DNA of 64,000 nt, from assembly GCA_965644315.1 (NCBI GenBank), contig CBFFRQ010000077.1, positions 1-64,000 of the forward strand, in the 5' to 3' direction. Below are positions 21,806 through 31,813 of this stretch, piece by piece. Made by a program: the position numbers and the translations under genes. This stretch comes from Caecitellus pseudoparvulus (lineage: Eukaryota > Protista > Bigyra: Bicosoecida). Under the pieces are notes generated by a model, which did not search any database, was not told where the DNA came from, and saw only the letters and a list, made by a program, of their open reading frames with translations. Each line of letters starts with the position of its first letter. Within the stretch, counting starts at the first letter, position 1.

Positions 21806-23203
21806 TCACGCCACTGGGACCACAGCATGGCTGGCAGACACAAGCATGTTTTGCAGTGCCCCCAGGGACCCTGCACGCGCTGGGCCAAAGGCACGGAAGA
21901 GGAACAGCAGCAAGCCGATGTTCAGAGCGTGCAGCAGCAGCGTCGACGCCCACTGGCTGTACCACTCGAGCAGGGCGAGGGAGAGGATCAAATTCAACGT
22001 GGGCAGCATCAAGTAGGCGAGAAAAAACAGACGGCACACCTGCAGCGCCTTCATCGTGCCGTATGCGCTGCGGGTCGTGCGGAGCAGGGTGGAGGAGACG
22101 ATCTCCACCCGCAGCGCATTCACAGTCCAATTCACGATGATGATGATGCACAGCACCGCCAGGCTGAACAGGACAAACTCAGTCAAGGTCAGCGTCTCGC
22201 ACCCTGTCGCTCCCAGGAACACAGGCTCGCCGTCCTCCTCGCACAGTGTGCTGGCAACCCCCGCCGCTGTGTACGTACACAGCAAGCACAGCATGCCGCC
22301 CGCCGTGCGGCGGTGCAGGGCGCGAAACGTGGAGCCCAGCCCCGCTGCAACCCAGACATTCGTCACGATGAACACAATGTTCGCCAACACACCCATCAGC
22401 CCAGCGGCCACCTCCCAGCCGCGCAGCTGTGGCGACTGCGTACTAGCTGCGTTCCACCGCCCCACCGACACGAGCCAGTTCAGCCCCAGGGCAATCATCC
22501 ACACGCCCAGCAAGCCGTGAATGGGGGTGAGACGAGACGTTGGGAAGCGGGTCAGGTACGCTGCCCAGCCCACGACCAGGGCGGCCAGAGTCACACTGGA
22601 TGCGGCAAAGAGCAAGGGCAGGTTGCCCTGGTTCACGCTCAGGTGCTGCTGCCCTGGGGCCGCGAAGCGCAAGGCAGCGTCATCTGGAGGGATGAATCCG
22701 TGCACAACGTCGCGAGGGTTCGTAAGCGACACGTCCACTCGCACCGTTCGCGAGAAGCCAGCGTCACACTGCACCATCACGACGCTGACTGGGCCACCTG
22801 ACTGCAGAGTCACCACACTTGGGTCATGGCCTGCCATGATGTCAATGTGACCAAAGGTGCCATTCAGAACCGTGGTGGCATTCTGCTTGACCAATGGCAG
22901 CGCGACTTTGGCCTGGGCGGGGTACGCGCACAGGTGTAGCCCAGCGGCAGAGCCATACGCAAGTACCAGTCGGGCTGGCACGCCAGCCAGCACAGAGGCC
23001 TCCTCGATGAGGAAGACGACGTCCGCGTCAACGTCAGCATTCACACGGAATTGTGCACCCGGGACAGTCCCGAAGCCGGAGATGATGGTGGCGAAAGGCG
23101 CTGACTGGGACAGCTCCACCTCGCCGGCAAAGCGAATTCCGCAGGTGGTCGTCACAGCGGCAGCTGCCACGCATGCGGCCAGCCAAGCCCGCAATGGTGC
23201 CAT
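21806..23203 (-). CDS. Signal peptide + lumenal domain + ~7 TM protein, GPR107/TMEM87 (GOST)-like
   Basis: Hydrophobic N-terminus, LTNP...HLSVNQGNLPLLF before TM1, then about seven hydrophobic segments. Confidence 0.6.
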   Translation of the reverse strand: MAPLRAWLAACVAAAAVTTTCGIRFAGEVELSQSAPFATIISGFGTVPGAQFRVNADVDADVVFLIEEASVLAGVPARLVLAYGSAAGLHLCAYPAQAKVALPLVKQNATTVLNGTFGHIDIMAGHDPSVVTLQSGGPVSVVMVQCDAGFSRTVRVDVSLTNPRDVVHGFIPPDDAALRFAAPGQQHLSVNQGNLPLLFAASSVTLAALVVGWAAYLTRFPTSRLTPIHGLLGVWMIALGLNWLVSVGRWNAASTQSPQLRGWEVAAGLMGVLANIVFIVTNVWVAAGLGSTFRALHRRTAGGMLCLLCTYTAAGVASTLCEEDGEPVFLGATGCETLTLTEFVLFSLAVLCIIIIVNWTVNALRVEIVSSTLLRTTRSAYGTMKALQVCRLFFLAYLMLPTLNLILSLALLEWYSQWASTLLLHALNIGLLLFLFRAFGPARAGSLGALQNMLVSASHAVVPVA

Positions 23204-23535
23204 GCACCGAAGATTCACTGACAGTAGATGTCAGATAGGGAGGCCCCCACCACTCTGGCCCGGCCAGGCAGTCTGGTTGCCGTCTGGCGAGTGCAAGTGC
23301 CAGCGCCTGGCGTTGCTGTTGCGTGCCGCAGAGCGCCGCCTGCCACACTGGCATGCGCCACGCGCAGAGCACCAGGGCATGTGGCTGCAATGTACATTGT
23401 AAACTCTGGGACGTTTGCAGCATTTTACACAGGGTGCATCCCTGGATAAGCCGCGGCAGGCAAGGGGGGCCCTGGGCTCACACAAGCCTGCCACAGGTCA
23501 CCCTGTGCCGTGCAGCGCAGACACAACGCTCGCGC

Positions 23536-24116
23536 TCAAAACGAGACCCCAGTGAGCACCGACTGAGCAGCTTGCAGTCCTGCGGCGAGGGACTGAGCGG
23601 ACACGCCTCCGTCCTTGCACGCTGCAGAGAGGCGTTTCAGCGAATCCACTCCAGACAACGCACGGGCCACTGGCTGCAGCAGAGACTGCTGTCGCTGGGC
23701 CACTGTGCGCAGGGCGCACATGGAAATATGCTCTACTTGAGCTCGTGTCAGCTGCACGTGTGCCCCTAGTGCCGCCATGCGTGACTGGTTCGCTGCCATG
23801 CCAATGTGGCGCCAGCACTGCTGGGCGTGGTCGTGCGCTGACGGATCAGCGAGGAGCGGTGTAGCGGGGGTGGAGGTGCCATCTGGAGTCACAATCTGCC
23901 CTGGCATACCGCCTAGCAGTAGGCCACTCGGTGTTTGCGTGGAGGGGGTGCTCCCTGACAGAGAGGGGGCAGCACGGCTGGTGCGGGGAGCTCCGCCACC
24001 CACCCGAGCAAGCAGGATGCTCAGCACATGCCTGCTGACAGACCGAGCGCACTGCACCAGCACCCGCGTCATGGGATGCATAGTCGTACTCCTTGGGTGT
24101 GGAACCCCGGTAGCCT

Positions 24117-24148
<32 letters not shown>

Positions 24149-27100
24149 TGGGACTTCAGCGTTGGCTGTGCCTTCATCCCAGCCACCAGCTTGCACCACG
24201 CCACTTGCAAGATGGTGCTGAGGTTGCACACGACACCAGCTGGGCTGTTGAAGCAGCCATCAAACAACAACGGATGTAGGCGTGGGCGGGCATACGCGAT
24301 GATTTGGCGGGTCAAGGCCTGCTCCATGCTGCGCCCAGCGGGCTGAGTGGCTGCTTCTTGCATGTGGCACGTCACTGGCACCATGCAGCGTTGGTTCCGG
24401 GCGCCACGCAGACGCTCGACGTCCAAGGACACATCACCACTGGCAAGGTCAAACACCAGTCCACACCAGGCAATGGTCGCCTTGCAGGGGCTGGCGCTGG
24501 CGTCCAGTGTGGGAGGTCGCAGTTGCGTTTTCGCAGGGTTTACCTTCACGGCGTACTTGGTGCTGGGGACGCCTTTCGGGTCATGCATGAGGTCTTCGAA
24601 GGCCTTCGCCACTGATCGCTCAGACGTCAACAGGATGGTGTCGTCCGTCAGGCGCATGAGGGCGGAGGCGTGGGCTTGGTGCTGCGGCATGCTGGACAGC
24701 AAGCACGGCACTGACGCCTCGCACTCCAGCGCGCCCATGTAAAAGTTACACAGACCCGTGGACAGAACCGAGCCCTGTGGGATCCCTTCCTGCTGCACGA
24801 AAGACTTGGCGATGCCGCCATCCCCTGGAACGCAGCGCTGCGCGAGCACGATGTGTCCACGCAAGTGCCCGGCCAGCTGTGCGGCCGCCAGGGCGGCAGG
24901 CAGGCGTGTCGCACGCACATGGTCAATGAAAAGGGAGTTCCTGCGCCCCATGGCTGCAGTGTCCACGACTTCGTCAAAGGGCGTGGAGCCAGTTGTGGGC
25001 GGCTGGCGCGCTTGCCGTGATGCAACGACTGCCCGGTGGTACCGTGTGCGCAGCGCCGGAGTGGATGAGGACGGCTGCACGCCCTGCTGTCGCCGCTTCA
25101 CGGAAACGCATGAGAATTTCTGAACCCGAAATGTGTGTTGCAGGGTCATACGGGGCGCGGTGCTCCCAGCTTCGTGCAGAAGCGGCAGGATGCACTGCAG
25201 CAGCTGGCTGGAGCTGATGCGGTCGAAACACCGCTCGGCGTCAATGCTGACAGCAAACAGGGGCCGGTGCGCGAGCCCCAGTTGCCGCCGCATACGCTGC
25301 AGCAGCGACCAAGTGACGTGGATGCCATCCAGCCCATGCACAGCAGCACCCACCGAGTGAGGGAATGCCCGTCTGATGGTGCTCAGCACCTCGTGCAGCG
25401 CACTTAGCTTGCTGTTGATGCTGCCCGATGACAGGGCGTGCTTGTAAGCACTGCCTTCTTTGCCTGCCAACGCAGACAGTAGCGCAGGGGGCACCATCGT
25501 GCGGGGAAGGCACAGGGCACCAGCCGTCTCAGTAGCAGGGGGCAGGCTAGCAAGGTGCTGCAGCGTGTCGCGCACCGCTTGTTGCGCTCTTGCGCTTGGC
25601 TTCACGGTGGCAAGGTTCATGATGGGCCGCATGCCAGCGGCCTTGGGGTGCAAACGTACCCATGCATGGCCGAGGGGTGTCAGGGGCAGGGGACTGGCGT
25701 GCGCCAGGGGGCGAAGCTTCAAGGCTTTGCGCACGCTACCCATGGCGTGCCGTTGCAGGGCCAGCCACACGGGCTTGCGAATGAACATGGGGGCGAGCTT
25801 GGTGGTGTCAGAGTCAGTGATGTAGAAACACTGCGCGAGCAGTGGCATGATAATGTCTTCAAGCAGCCACACAAGGAAGCACGTGATGGCCACCCGCGCG
25901 TTTTCGGCGGCGGCCGGGTCGCTGGCCCTGACCTTCGACGCTCCCTGCCTCGGCCACGCCCACTGGAACAGCCGGGTGGGCACGCCATGCATCAGCCACG
26001 TGTCTACACGAAGCGTATCCTTTCGTGTGGCAGACAGCAGCGCCTTGACCTTGCGCAGAATGCAGCGAGTGCCGGGCGTCCCGCCGCGCAACTCTGCTGG
26101 AAGCAAACGCAGAAGGAAACCCCGGCAAAACCCCATCACTTGCTGCAAGTTGCAAGCACAGGCAGATGTGACACACCGACCTTGGTCGTCCACTGGTAGT
26201 GTGTCTGTAGGGGTTTGCTTCGAGACCGGCGTGCGTTGTGCTCTCTCCCTTCGACTGCGCTTGGCACCTCCCACCGGCTTGCGAGCGAGAGCAGCCAGCG
26301 CAGCAATATCGGATGCGGCACTGCCAAGACACACTGGAAGCCCAGGAACACTGCTGGTGCCAGTTTGCTCTTCCACCGTGGGTGACTGTGGAGCGTTCAG
26401 CTGCACTGCATCCAGTCGTGGCCGCTTGGTGCCCGATGGCTTGGAATCGCTGGCCGGCTCCCCGCTGCGTCGCCGTTTCGTGCTTGGGCGTGGTGGAGGG
26501 AGGGAAGGTGTTGGGAGTGGGGGGAGGGCACATGCCCTGGACTTGTGGGTGCTGAGCCACGGCGGCAGTGGGCACCATTGCCTCAAGAGTTGCGCAGCAG
26601 GCAAGGCGGCATGCCGCTCGACGACGCCCGAGAATCCCCGCCACAAATGGGCTTTGCGACACCACGCCGCGGCACAATCAGCCCCAGCCCGCCGCATCAC
26701 ACGCTGCATGAGGGCCTTCGCCGCCGCCTCACTTGGAGGCGGAGCTTGCGTCAAGCAACACGGCAGGACTGTGTCATCGGGAGGAGAGTGTGAAGCCTGC
26801 GCGTCACCTCCCCAAGCGACAGCTTTCAGGTGCCGCCAAGAAGTCCACGCAGGAGCACCGCGGAGCTGCATGTCTCGCAGCATATCCATGACAGGTGCAG
26901 GGGTGGGTTCCTGCAGGTGACCTGCTGCCAGCGCGCGGAGGTGGTGCTGTTGGGGCAGTCCAGCGACCGGGGCAAAGGACACCCGGTAGTACATGCGGGG
27001 AAGAGGCAAACAGTGCCGTCTCAAGCGCTGTACAGGTGAGAGATCGTCAACTGCCGTGGGAGGTCCGCCATAGGGGCGTGGCTGTGCTCCAGCGGACGTA

Positions 27101-27672
27101 AACGGCGTACCTGCAAGCTGCCACGCACAGCCGTTGGCAAGCCCTTTCCACAGCACGCACGTCGCAAGCATGCGCACCATGCGGCACGCGCCCACTTGGG
27201 CAAAGGCCCATACCCACTCCTGCCGGCACAGCGTATCGACGCCCGCATTTGGGAAGACACGGTGCAGTTGGGCCACGCTGGGGTCGGCGCTGGCATCTGC
27301 CCGAGTGCCCAGGCATAGGACGTTGGTGCCACCGCACCGGAGCTGGGCGGTGATGGCCGCCCGCACTGCAGCTGCCGGACCAGCCCCGTCCTGCCCTGCC
27401 ACTGCAGCTGCTGCAAGTTCCCGCTGCTTCACCCCAGCGGCAGGCCCAAGAGCCGGGTCATGCGCCACCCAGAAGTGTGACAGAGCCAGCCAGTGAGTGG
27501 CATCTGCTGGGTCAGCTGGACACCGCAGGTTCAGCCATCGTGTCACACGCATGACGCTGAGCGTCCCGCTTCTCGCTAGCTTGCGGAGGGCGGCAGGCAT
27601 GGCTGGGGCTGCGCGGGGCGCCTTGCTCGCAGCAGGCTGGTCAACCTCTGCACTTGGGCCATGCTGGTCCAT
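23536..27672 (-). CDS. TERT: Telomerase reverse transcriptase (apparently a single exon)
   Basis: GQ (NVLCLG..CAWQLAG), CP (LLRQWCPLP), QFP (QVMGF..LLP), T (CFYITD..IRKPVW), motifs 1/2 (RLHPK, MRPIMN), A (IDAERCFDRI), B' (GIPQGSVLS), C (RLTDD), D (VNPAK) and E (WCG). Confidence 0.93.
24118..24144. repeat. (TGC)9 microsatellite encoding poly-Ala in the TERT C-terminal extension
   Basis: Read directly from the sequence. Confidence 0.9.
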
Positions 27673-27971
27673 CGCAGCTGCAGCACCCACAACGACGGTG
27701 ACACTCTACTTTCAGGCCCTTAGCGCTGACACACAACCCAAACCCGTAGTGCCTTTCCGGCTGCGTGCCGTTGGGAAGACTGCGCCCAAATGCCCGCGCC
27801 CTGCAGCTCAAACAGACCTCGGCGCGGTCAATGCAATTTCCGCACTCGACCGCCTGCCTCGGGACTGCCTCTACGCACTTTGCCTGCAGCAGGTGTCGCG
27901 GAATGGCGCCAGTTCAATCAGACAGCTGCAATTTGCATTTCACACGCAGACGCACACGAGCTGACTCTGCT

Positions 27972-30900
27972 TCAGGGGTCTGCGTCCTCTTCCGAGGCCT
28001 TGGCCAGCAGCGCCCCGGCCGCCTCCAAGTCCACCGTCAAGCGGCGGCTGGAGGTTGTGTGCTGCAGCACCTCGATGATGTCGCCCTCTTGCACATCGTG
28101 CCAGGTCGTGCTGATGCCCATGCCGCACTCATCTCCCTTCGTCACGCGTTCCACCTTGTTCTGGAACGACTGCAGGCTGGCCATGGGCGGGCCGCTGTAC
28201 ACGACCTCCTCCCCTCGCAGCACGCGCACCTTGCCGGAGCGTGAAATGGCGCCCTCCAGGACAGTCCCGCCTGCGATGACTGACGGCGCCTTGCGGGCGC
28301 CAGTGCTGTGCAGCTTAATCACCGCCTCCACCCGCGCCCGCCCCATGACCCGCTCCTGCACGTCAGCCGGCAGGAACTGGCTCAAGTGCTCGGCAAGCTT
28401 GTCCACGAAGCCGTAAATCACGCGGTCGGCGATGATGGCGACGCCAGCCTTGTCAGCAGCCCTCTCCACCGCAGCCGGCACACGCACCCCGAACGCCAGC
28501 ACTGTCGCCTCCAAGTCCGCAGCTAGCGCCACGTCACCCTCCGTCACTTCGTGTGCCCGCCCGTCAACGACCTTCACCGCCACCTCATCATCCGGCATGA
28601 GGGCCAGGACAGTGTGCACTGCGTCCAGGGACCCAGCGCAGTCCACCCGCACCAGTGCTGGCACCTGCTTCACGCCGCGGGCCCCGCTGGACACCTCCAG
28701 CTGCCGGCCCTTGCCAAGCTCAGCTTCAATGGCAGCGGCACCACCGCCCGACTCCACCTCTGCGCGCAGCTCCACCTCCCAAGGCTGCTCCCGCAGGTGC
28801 AAGGGGATGTCCTCGCCCTTGTTCGTCAGGTACCGCCGACTGGCGTCACGTTTGGACAGCTGCTCGATGCGCTTCAGCTTCGCGCGGAGGGCCTCGGTGC
28901 GCTCAGACGCAGCAGCCGCAGCCTCTGCAGCAGCGGCGGCATCCTCCATGGCCCGCTTCACCTCTGCCTTCTTGCTGCGCCACTCCGCCACCTCCTTCGC
29001 TCGCGCAGGGGTTGGCTGGGCCAGGATGTGGTGCCCAGCACCAGGCGGCTCAGGCAGCCCCACCACCCGCACTGCCGAGCCAGGGCCCGAGGACTTCACA
29101 CGCTTGCCGGCCGTGTCCACCAGCGCCTTGATCCGGGCATGCTGGTGTCCGACAACTACCGCGTCCCCCACCTTCAGCGTGCCCCACTTCACCACGCAGT
29201 CGGCCACAGCGCCCAGGCCACGCACAGTGGATGCCTCGAGCACCAGTGCCTCACCCGGCGCAGCATCGGGTGCCCGCAGCTCCATCACCTCCGCCTGCAG
29301 TGCCAGCACCTCCTTCAGCTCCTCCACACCCTCCCCCGTCATGCTGGACAGCGCCACCACCGGCGTGTCACCCCCCTGCTCCTCCACCTGCACGCCCGCC
29401 TCCAGCAGCTGTGCAGCGATGCGGTCCACGGCGGCAGTGGTGTTGGGGTGCAGGTCCACCTTGGTCACTGCCACCACCATGGGCACGCCTGCCTCCAGAC
29501 ACAGCTCCACAGACTCCAGCGTCTGCGGCTGCACACCGTCCTCCGCCGCCACGACAATCACCGCCACATCCGTCGCAGAGCTGCCTTGCGCTCGCATGGC
29601 CCCGAACAACGCATGGCCTGGCGTGTCGATGAACGTGACGGTGCCCACTGCGCCTGAGTACGTGCTGTCAGCCTTGCGCAGGGTGGCAGTGGCCGCTTTC
29701 TTCTTCTTTTTCGTCTTCTTGCCGGAGGTAGGCGTCGTGCGCTGCTCCCGACCCGCCAGCGGCACTGATGCCGTGTGCAGGGAGACGGTGAATGCGGAGA
29801 TGCCCTGCGTGATGCCGCCTGCCTCGCCGTCGGCCACAGTCGTGCCGCCGCGCAGACAGTCTAGCAGCGATGTCTTGCCGTGGTCCACATGCCCCATAAC
29901 TGTGACGACGGGGGGGCGCAGACCCCACCCAGCCGCCTCTGCTTCTTCAGTGGAGGGAGGGGGGGTGGGACGGGGGTCTGCAAAGTCTGTGCGTTCCACG
30001 CCCAGGCCCATCTCCTGCACCACGATTTCGGCGATGTCAGTGTCCAGCACCGTGTCCTTGCCACACGCCTCCCCCATAGCCTTCAGCTTGGCCAGCACCC
30101 ACGACACCTTCACACTCATGGACCGGGCGAGGGAGGTGGGTGTCTCCCCCTCGCCCACACGCACAGTGCGGAACTTCAAGCCCTGCTTCTTCAACCACTG
30201 GTCTGTCTCCCGCAGCAGCGTGCGCTGCAGCTCCTTCCGCGATGCCTTGGGCCCCAGTCGCCGCCGAACATCCTTCAGCGTCGGGCGCGCCCCCGACCGC
30301 ACCCCACGCCGCACACTGCCCTTCCCGCGCCGCGGAGCGTGCCGCTTACTGCTGCCCCCCTCCTCATCCAGGTCCACGGCAATGCTGCCTGCCACTGACG
30401 CCTGAGCAGCAGCCGCGCTGGCTTCGGCCCCAGCTCGGGCCACCCGCTGGGCGCGGTGCACTGCCTGCCGCATGCGGGCAGCGGCGTCTGCGCCACGGTT
30501 CTGGCCCCGGTGGCGGGGTTTGCCGCGCCCGGCGCCGCCGGTCAGCCACCCACCCCCATCCGTCGTCTCACCATCCCGCCTCAGGCCCCACGTAGCAGGG
30601 CTGCCGCTGGAGCGCTTGCCACGGCCGCGACCCGCCTTGCCCTTCGCAGCATCCTTGGCGGCTCGGATTTTGGCGAACTCCTCACGCAGCTTGCTGAAGC
30701 TGTCCCCCAGGTCAGGCGTGCTGGAGCCCAGGCTGCCGCCGCCGGCGACGCCGCCCGCTCCCGCCCCAGCTGCTGACAGCAAGGACCCCAGGCCACCGGG
30801 GCGCCCATGTCCACCCTGTGGCGGCGGAGTCCCGCCCGCAGCAACGCCTTTTAGTCCTTGTAGCAGGCTCAGGCTGTCAGCTGCGGAGGCGGGCGAAGGT

Positions 30901-31268
30901 GGCGCCGCGGCACCGCCCCTGCCCAAACCCCCGCCAAAGCCAGACCCTGCACGCTTGCCGCCGCCCTGCTTATCACCGCCTTTCTTGCCGCCACGCTTGC
31001 CCTTTCCGCTCGAAGCACTGGCAGTGGAACTGTGTACGGCACGGACCGGCTGGTACACACTGGCCTGTGGCAGCTGCGGCTCAGCCACGGTGCTGGGGAG
31101 TGCTCGTATCACGGTGGCCGCGGCAACCTGAGCAAGCCGGCGGGAAGTGAAAGTGTGCCGCGCAGTGCTCCGCAATACGCGGACATGACACACCTGTGGA
31201 CTGCATCCAAACAAATGTCGCCTTAAAATACTGCTCGACAGTCGCGTGCCGTGGAGAGCTGCAGCCAT
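27972..31268 (-). CDS. MTIF2: Translation initiation factor IF-2, probably mitochondrial
   Basis: RPPVVTVMGHVDHGKTSLLD, GGITQ, FIDTPGH, DGVQPQT, GTLKVGD and ECGM. Arg/Ser-rich presequence. Confidence 0.92.
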   Translation of the reverse strand: MAAALHGTRLSSSILRRHLFGCSPQVCHVRVLRSTARHTFTSRRLAQVAAATVIRALPSTVAEPQLPQASVYQPVRAVHSSTASASSGKGKRGGKKGGDKQGGGKRAGSGFGGGLGRGGAAAPPSPASAADSLSLLQGLKGVAAGGTPPPQGGHGRPGGLGSLLSAAGAGAGGVAGGGSLGSSTPDLGDSFSKLREEFAKIRAAKDAAKGKAGRGRGKRSSGSPATWGLRRDGETTDGGGWLTGGAGRGKPRHRGQNRGADAAARMRQAVHRAQRVARAGAEASAAAAQASVAGSIAVDLDEEGGSSKRHAPRRGKGSVRRGVRSGARPTLKDVRRRLGPKASRKELQRTLLRETDQWLKKQGLKFRTVRVGEGETPTSLARSMSVKVSWVLAKLKAMGEACGKDTVLDTDIAEIVVQEMGLGVERTDFADPRPTPPPSTEEAEAAGWGLRPPVVTVMGHVDHGKTSLLDCLRGGTTVADGEAGGITQGISAFTVSLHTASVPLAGREQRTTPTSGKKTKKKKKAATATLRKADSTYSGAVGTVTFIDTPGHALFGAMRAQGSSATDVAVIVVAAEDGVQPQTLESVELCLEAGVPMVVAVTKVDLHPNTTAAVDRIAAQLLEAGVQVEEQGGDTPVVALSSMTGEGVEELKEVLALQAEVMELRAPDAAPGEALVLEASTVRGLGAVADCVVKWGTLKVGDAVVVGHQHARIKALVDTAGKRVKSSGPGSAVRVVGLPEPPGAGHHILAQPTPARAKEVAEWRSKKAEVKRAMEDAAAAAEAAAAASERTEALRAKLKRIEQLSKRDASRRYLTNKGEDIPLHLREQPWEVELRAEVESGGGAAAIEAELGKGRQLEVSSGARGVKQVPALVRVDCAGSLDAVHTVLALMPDDEVAVKVVDGRAHEVTEGDVALAADLEATVLAFGVRVPAAVERAADKAGVAIIADRVIYGFVDKLAEHLSQFLPADVQERVMGRARVEAVIKLHSTGARKAPSVIAGGTVLEGAISRSGKVRVLRGEEVVYSGPPMASLQSFQNKVERVTKGDECGMGISTTWHDVQEGDIIEVLQHTTSSRRLTVDLEAAGALLAKASEEDADP

Positions 31269-31813
31269 ACTGCGGCCTACTGTCGAACACAGACGAATGT
31301 GCCGATTTCCGCAGTTGGCACACTGCGCCACGTGCGCGGCTCCGCCTGCACTACGGATGATGCTGAGCACTGAGGGTTGTAGCCAACCAGCACGCCCAAT
31401 GCGCGTGCACCCTTTTCAGTTTTACTGTGCTCAGGAGACTGCCTGCAGCTTGGCTGGCTCCCACTGCGCCAGCCCCTTGAGCTGATCCGCAAGCCGCATC
31501 CATCAAGGCGGAAACGCCCCGCTAAGGTGCGCACAAGAGCCCTCCAGGCACCATTTCCATCCAGTGCCAGAACAGCACGTGGACTGTGCAGCAGCTTGGG
31601 CTCCAGGACACGGCAAAACTGCATCGTTTGTTGAAGGAAGTGCTTCGTGGGAGAGCGGCTCCGAGTCACTTTTTGAGCGTGTGTCACTCTGCTACTTGCG
31701 GAAAAACAGCTCACCGTGCCGGACAGCCCGTGGGCGAAGTGCTGGCAGTGTAGACTGTTGCTTGATTTCCTGCTATTCATTTCCCCGCTTGTTCGGTCGA
31801 GCAATACTTGGCC

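Noticed and set aside
23536-27672. Reverse transcriptase as a retroelement, or as a DGR together with the 765-bp repeat pair
   Set aside because: It has telomerase-specific GQ/CP/QFP/T motifs and no endonuclease or LTRs. Differences between the repeat copies are mostly synonymous and not adenine-specific.
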